From the NCBI GenBank assembly GCA_051295955.1, contig JBPDWA010000002.1:377174-401173 (forward strand): 24,000 bases of DNA, read 5' to 3'. Made by a program: the position numbers and the translations under genes. The notes beneath the pieces were generated by a model. That model had not been told where the DNA came from and did not search any database. It saw only the letters and a program-made list of their open reading frames with translations. How positions within the stretch are numbered: the stretch's first letter is position 1; each line of letters begins with the position of its first letter. Shown piece by piece: positions 16,508 through 24,000 of the stretch. The DNA comes from Enterococcus faecalis. GTDB lineage: Bacteria; Bacillota; Bacilli; Lactobacillales; Enterococcaceae.

Positions 16508-16560
16508 AGGACCTTTTGTAGGCGTGTCGTAACCGACAACAAGAGCAAAAGGTCTTTTTA
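16508..16560 (+). terminator. Intrinsic terminator ending the tldR/guide-RNA transcription unit
   Basis: gaccttttg (16510-16518) / caaaaggtc (16546-16554) stem with an inner tgtcg/cgaca helix, followed by ttttt (16555-16559). Confidence 0.75.
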
Positions 16561-16608
16561 TAAATATTTATTATGCATATAAACTACACATAATCATAAT
16601 AAAAATTA

Positions 16609-16623
16609 ATGAAAGCGTTGACT
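16609..16623 (+). promoter_or_regulatory. cre (CcpA) site overlapping the -35 of the bgl promoter
   Basis: ATGAAAGCGTTGACT fits WTGNAANCGNWNNCW at every constrained position. Confidence 0.6.
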
Positions 16624-16646
16624 ACCATGAAGAAAACGGCTATAAT
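16618..16646 (+). promoter_or_regulatory. Sigma-A promoter of the beta-glucoside operon
   Basis: TTGACT (16618-16623), 17 nt, TATAAT (16641-16646). Confidence 0.8.
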
Positions 16647-16697
16647 ACGTTATGTAAGTAAGAAAAAAAAACAGAGATAGCGCAGTAGTTATTTCTA

Positions 16698-16788
16698 GAG
16701 TTATGTTACTGGTTAGCAGGCAGAACTCAGATAAGTATGAGATGAACCAGCCCATGGTTTATTTGATACTTGTCTGAGTTTTTTTTCT
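16698..16788 (+). promoter_or_regulatory. RAT antiterminator target overlapping an intrinsic terminator (BglG/LicT-type attenuator)
   Basis: gagttatgttactggttagcaggcagaactc resembles the RAT consensus (..TGTTACTG...AGCAGGCAAAAC..). The terminator stem aactcagataagtat (16724-16738) / atacttgtctgagtt (16766-16780) is followed by a T-run. The 3' half of the RAT is the left arm of the terminator. Confidence 0.8.
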
Positions 16789-16800
16789 GGAAAGGAGCAA

Positions 16801-17645
16801 ATGATGAAAATTCGTCAAATATTAAACAATAATATTGCTGTAGTAGATCGGGGAGGACATGAGTCCATTATTTATTCAAAAGGAATCGCATTTAAAAAGA
16901 AAGTTGGCCAACAAATCAACGATTCTGAAATTGAAAAAACCTATGTTTTGGATTCAAAAGATCGCTTAGAGCACTTTAGCTATTTGCTATCTCAATCGGA
17001 TGAAACCGCCATCTCTTTCATTAACGAATTGGTGCAATACGGTGAAAAAAGAATCGGCAAAATAGCAAATGATTATTTATATTTGGCACTGTTGGATCAT
17101 GTAACCTTTGCTTTGGAACGAGCAAGAAAAAATCAATTTGTTCGTAGTCCGTTAGCGTGGGAAGTTAAAAAATTTTATCCCGATTACTTTGCGATCGGCT
17201 TACAAGCACTAACGCGAATGCAAGAAATTTATCAGATTGATTTTCCGGAAGATGAAGCCGTTTCCATTGCCTTACACTTTGTAAATTTACAAGAAAACCA
17301 ATCGCATTTAGATGAGCGTCTTGAGGATATGGAAACGCTACGAGATATTTTGAATATCATTAAATATCACTTTAATGAAGAATTCGATGAATCCAGCATG
17401 AATTACATGCGCCTAGTGACCCATCTACAGTATTTTATCGAACGAATGCGTACGAACAATCCTTATGAGGAAAAAGAATCGCTGTTATTTCAACAAGTAA
17501 AAAGTTTGTATCCGGCAGCTTATGATGCGGTGGAAAAAATTGCGATTTACGTAAAAGGAAGATTTAATCAACATCTTTCCAAGGATGAATACACGTATTT
17601 AATGATTCATATTAATCGTGTGACAGAAAGGATGAACGAAGAAAC

Positions 17646-17649
<4 letters not shown>
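16801..17649 (+). CDS. licT: BglG/LicT-family transcription antiterminator (CAT + two PRD domains)
   Basis: MKIRQILNNNIAVV N-terminus (CAT RNA-binding domain) with PRD-like repeats. It sits downstream of the RAT/terminator. The second ATG at 16804 has better spacing to AAAGGAG. Confidence 0.9.
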
Positions 17650-20955
<3,306 letters not shown>

Positions 20956-21169
20956 GCTGCAACCGTAAAATAATGCTTAATTCTTGGGGAAGAAAATGTG
21001 CATCACCAAAGGTTGTAATAGCTTTTCACCGTTATAAACGAAGAACATCTGGAAAAGGCGCTGGCTTTTTCAAGGAGTATAACAAGTTGGCTAAAAGAGA
21101 GACATAAGCAAGCCTGTAAAGCTTCTCAATTCTCTAAGCGTTAAAAACATCTATATAACAATATTTTCC

Positions 21170-21204
21170 AGAGGCGCCAAGAATTTGGCGTCTCTTATTT
21201 TTTT
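21170..21204 (+). terminator. Intrinsic terminator ~215 nt downstream of the glucosidase gene
   Basis: agaggcgcc (21170-21178) / ggcgtctct (21187-21195) stem with one G-U pair, followed by tattttttt. Confidence 0.7.
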
Positions 21205-21787
21205 GAAATAGAGAACACTTTACAAAATTGTACTTCTTTAAAAAAGGAAGGGACACTAAATTTGATTAGCTCCTTTCATATAATTCGTAATAACGTAAAT
21301 TTCTGTGCTCCGGATGTCTGAATGTGTCACAGCTTGTACGATTTCTGTGATAGTCAAGTGTTCCGTATCTTATGGGATCAGCAAGTAGATCATCTGGTTT
21401 TATAAAAATCCCTGTAGAAAAAGCAGATCAACTGTTTAGAGGTACAGAGCCTCTTGAAATGAAAGTTGAAATTTGGGCTTAATTTCCAGTGTTCTATTTT
21501 TGAGAAAACTCAGCTAAAGAAGCTATGAGAAAAACAGCAAAGAATATGGGCAACTTATCTAAAAGTGGTAAATATGATGATAGTGAAATTCCTAAATCAT
21601 CTGTTTTTGTAGCTGATTCTATTTCTGTGGATGAGGAAACAAATGGAACGAAAATAACCAATATGCGAATGGAAGTTTAAAAAAAAGCTCTGGCATTAGG
21701 TAGAGTATAAGTTTGTTTTATAGATGTGATTTTCAAAAGAATTTAATTATGATATAGTTAAATTACTCTTATTTTAAGGAGAAACGA

Positions 21788-22294
21788 ATGAAAAAAAATC
21801 TATTCATAGCTTTAGCCATAATAATTTTAGTAGCAATTGGGGGAGCATGGCACATGAAAAGAGCCAAGGATTTAGCAGAATTACATGAGATTCAGACCGA
21901 TTTAGCTAACTATTTGTATAATAACTATAGGATATATACGTTTAACAAAGAAGAATTAGACCAATTAGATAAAGCATATGATGCTGGGAAAATGACGTAT
22001 CCTGAATATTCTAAATGTTTAGATGAAATAGCTAAATATTCGGATATAAGCAAAATAGAATTTACCGGCTTTTCTGTTAGTCCAATGAATATATTAAAAG
22101 TACAATATACAATCAATGATGTATTGGATAAAGAAACATCTTTGGACACCATTTCAGCTGAGACGAAAAACTTAATATTCAGAGTAGGGGAGCATGATGG
22201 AAAAGGAGTGTATTCCTTAGAAAAAAAGAAAGAAGCAACCAACGTATCTTTGCCGGAAAACCTTGTTATTTATTATGAAGGAGGTATTAAGTGA
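21788..22294 (+). CDS. Small N-terminally membrane-anchored protein (DUF1433-like), paralog 1. Candidate immunity protein.
   Basis: AAGGAG RBS and a single N-terminal TM with no lipobox Cys. It is a paralog of 22535-23056, sharing the blocks KRAKDLAELHEIQTDLANYLYNNYRIYT, YSDISKIEFTGFSV and IYYEGGI. Confidence 0.75.
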   Translation: MKKNLFIALAIIILVAIGGAWHMKRAKDLAELHEIQTDLANYLYNNYRIYTFNKEELDQLDKAYDAGKMTYPEYSKCLDEIAKYSDISKIEFTGFSVSPMNILKVQYTINDVLDKETSLDTISAETKNLIFRVGEHDGKGVYSLEKKKEATNVSLPENLVIYYEGGIK

Positions 22295-22506
22295 TGGATC
22301 AATACAGAATCTTATCTGATGCTTCGTATAATATTGAAAATAAAAAAGTAAAATTAAATACTCGAATTGAAAATACAGATTATATCGTTCTAGACACCAT
22401 CGACACAAACAAAGATTAACTGAGATTTGAAGATAGACCCAGAAACAACGGTATGCAAGCGATGACGGAAAAATCAATTAGAGGAAATCAAGCACATAGT
22501 AAATAA
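22294..22506 (+). pseudogene. N-terminal remnant of a lipase-like gene (paralog of 23056-24000+), with an in-frame stop and loss of the catalytic domain
   Basis: MDQYRILS...LDTIDTNKD is collinear with VDEYRILS...IDTIDTNKD of the intact copy. TAA at 22417-22419 replaces the ACC codon of the intact copy. Homology continues in frame (RNNGMQAMT vs RNNSMQAMT) to a second stop at 22504-22506, after which the next paralog unit begins. Confidence 0.75.
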
Positions 22507-22534
22507 TCGTTCTACATAGAAAAGGAGGGGAAGA

Positions 22535-23056
22535 ATGAATAAGAAAAAAATAGGAGTAATGATATTCATTATTGTAGTACTGATAGGAATAGGAGGAAAA
22601 CTTTCTATGGACAAAAGAGCCAAGGATTTAGCAGAATTACATGAGATTCAGACCGATTTAGCTAATTACTTGTATAACAATTATAGAATTTACACTGTAG
22701 ATAAAGAGAAGGATGAGCAATTAAACACGGAGTACGATAGAGGAAAGGGATCTTTAACGACTAAAGAATTTCTAAAAAAATCAGATGAATTAAAAGAATA
22801 TTCGGATATAAGCAAAATAGAATTTACCGGTTTTTCTGTCGGACCGATGAATACGTTAGAGGCTTATTTGAAAATTAACGATGTTTACGAAGAAGAAGTA
22901 GACTTGGATACATTGTCAGCAGAAACAAACACGTTTATTTATCGCATTACAGATAGTACAGGTAAAGGGCCTTACTATATAGAGAAAAAAAGGAAGCCTA
23001 TAGACTCAGCTATTCCTGAAGCTGCAATTATTTATTACGAAGGAGGAATAGATTAG
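22535..23056 (+). CDS. Small N-terminally membrane-anchored protein (DUF1433-like), paralog 2. Candidate immunity protein.
   Basis: AAGGAGGGG RBS and an N-terminal TM. Its stop TAG overlaps the GTG start of the downstream lipase-like ORF by 1 nt. Confidence 0.75.
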   Translation: MNKKKIGVMIFIIVVLIGIGGKLSMDKRAKDLAELHEIQTDLANYLYNNYRIYTVDKEKDEQLNTEYDRGKGSLTTKEFLKKSDELKEYSDISKIEFTGFSVGPMNTLEAYLKINDVYEEEVDLDTLSAETNTFIYRITDSTGKGPYYIEKKRKPIDSAIPEAAIIYYEGGID

Positions 23057-24000
23057 TGGATGAGTACAGAATATTATCAAAAAGAGTATACCAGATAGAA
23101 GAAGGCATTGTTCAAAAAAACGAAAAAGTAAAAGGAACCAATCATATTGTAATAGACACCATCGACACGAATAAAGACACCTTAAAGATGGAATATTTCC
23201 CGAGAAACAACAGTATGCAAGCGATGACGGTGGCAGAGATTAAAGATGAGTTTAAATCATATAAAGAAAATAAGTTGAAAGAAATCGAAGGCTACCCTCA
23301 ATCGGTAGTAAAAAAAGAGTTAACAATTGTGTATGCGGGAACGAGTGGGTTAAAAGATTGGACCACGGATGCCATCGAAATTGGAATGAATGCCAAATAT
23401 AACAATGGGTCATTCTCTTCAGCAGTAGATTATGCCCGAGAAATTGAAGTGAAGTATCCCAAAGAAGCCGGCTTTACAATTGGCACTTCCGGGCATTCAC
23501 TCGGTGGTGCCGAAGCTATTTATGTGGCAGTTTCACTGGGATACAATGCCATAACCTATGGTGCGGCTGGATCAGGGTTAACCGAGGCACAGATTAAAAA
23601 TTATAAAGGCACTATTGTCAACCTTTATGATACATCAGACATTGTTACTAGCGGATGGATGACTGGTGGGCAGGAAAATATACCATTCTTAAGTATAGGG
23701 ATCGATAATGAAGGGTGGGAAACATTCGGTCATTCATTGGATCAGTTTGAGGTCGATAAAAAAGGCAACTATCTCAATAAATATGGAGATATAGTCATTT
23801 ATTCTGATTTAACTGGTGGAATATCAATTGAACAAACCTTACTAGCGCAACAAATTGTACAAAATAAACACAATATTCGAGGAGTAGAAACCTATGACGG
23901 GACCAATCCCCATTCAATAGCAGAAATTAAACGGCTAAAAGCAGAAAATAAGTGGCTCCAAGCGCAAATCGATAGTTTTACCCAATTAAATGGTTTACGT
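23056..24000 (+). CDS. Lipase-like alpha/beta-hydrolase (class-3 / DUF2974-like, GHSLGG), 3'-partial. Candidate secreted lipase toxin.
   Basis: It is absent from the ORF track, but I translated frame 1 from the GTG at 23056 (RBS GAAGGAGGAA, 7-nt spacer) to nt 24000 and found no stop. It has the nucleophile elbow GTSGHSLGGAEA, candidate Asp in LYDTSDIV and candidate His in ETFGHSLDQF. From ~23900 the sequence becomes helical or coiled-coil-like (IAEIKRLKAENKWLQAQIDSF). Confidence 0.8.
   Translation, partial: MDEYRILSKRVYQIEEGIVQKNEKVKGTNHIVIDTIDTNKDTLKMEYFPRNNSMQAMTVAEIKDEFKSYKENKLKEIEGYPQSVVKKELTIVYAGTSGLKDWTTDAIEIGMNAKYNNGSFSSAVDYAREIEVKYPKEAGFTIGTSGHSLGGAEAIYVAVSLGYNAITYGAAGSGLTEAQIKNYKGTIVNLYDTSDIVTSGWMTGGQENIPFLSIGIDNEGWETFGHSLDQFEVDKKGNYLNKYGDIVIYSDLTGGISIEQTLLAQQIVQNKHNIRGVETYDGTNPHSIAEIKRLKAENKWLQAQIDSFTQLNGLR

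Noticed and set aside
21525-21680. 51-codon ORF MRKTAKNMGNLSKSGKYDDSEIPK... as a real gene
   Set aside because: It has a weak RBS, no recognisable family, and sits in a stretch of apparent gene debris. It is kept only as a possible relic.
21925-22242. Minus-strand 105-aa ORF
   Set aside because: It is a shadow ORF lying entirely inside the well-supported + strand gene 21788-22294.
22217-22477. Minus-strand 86-aa ORF
   Set aside because: It is antisense to the end of the first small-protein gene and to the lipase stub, whose + strand homology to the intact copy explains the region. It has low-complexity hydrophobic content and no RBS.

Overview
This is a low-GC Firmicute chromosome segment. 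The gene order (fni-mvaK2-mvaD-mvaK1, a qnr-like pentapeptide gene, a FUSC-type membrane protein, then oppA-x-oppBCDF) matches what I remember of Enterococcus, so it is probably Enterococcaceae. From left to right it holds:
- the 3' part of a lactococcin-972-type membrane protein gene plus an ABC ATPase;
- the lower mevalonate operon on the minus strand;
- a Qnr-like pentapeptide-repeat gene and a FUSC-family membrane protein on the minus strand;
- an oligopeptide ABC importer, with oppA and its own terminator, an antisense small membrane-protein gene, then oppBCDF;
- a beta-glucoside operon (licT-type antiterminator, PTS EIIBCA, 6-phospho-beta-glucosidase) with promoter, cre site and RAT/terminator;
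- a duplicated accessory module of small membrane-anchored proteins, each followed by a lipase-like gene. The first lipase copy is a truncated pseudogene. The second is intact, missing from the ORF track, and runs off the window.

The main finding lies directly downstream of oppF. It is a TnpB (IS200/IS605 OrfB) homolog with no tnpA and no recognisable transposon ends. Its RuvC-I Asp is replaced by Tyr, and its zinc finger and RuvC-III are deleted. A structured non-coding region, a short AT-rich guide-like segment and an intrinsic terminator follow it. This matches the oppF-associated TldR class (TnpB-like nuclease-dead, RNA-guided repressors).

I found candidate guide matches inside the window at a perfect 19-bp palindrome upstream of the mevalonate operon and at an inverted repeat in the oppA leader. 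The true target and TAM cannot be settled from sequence alone.
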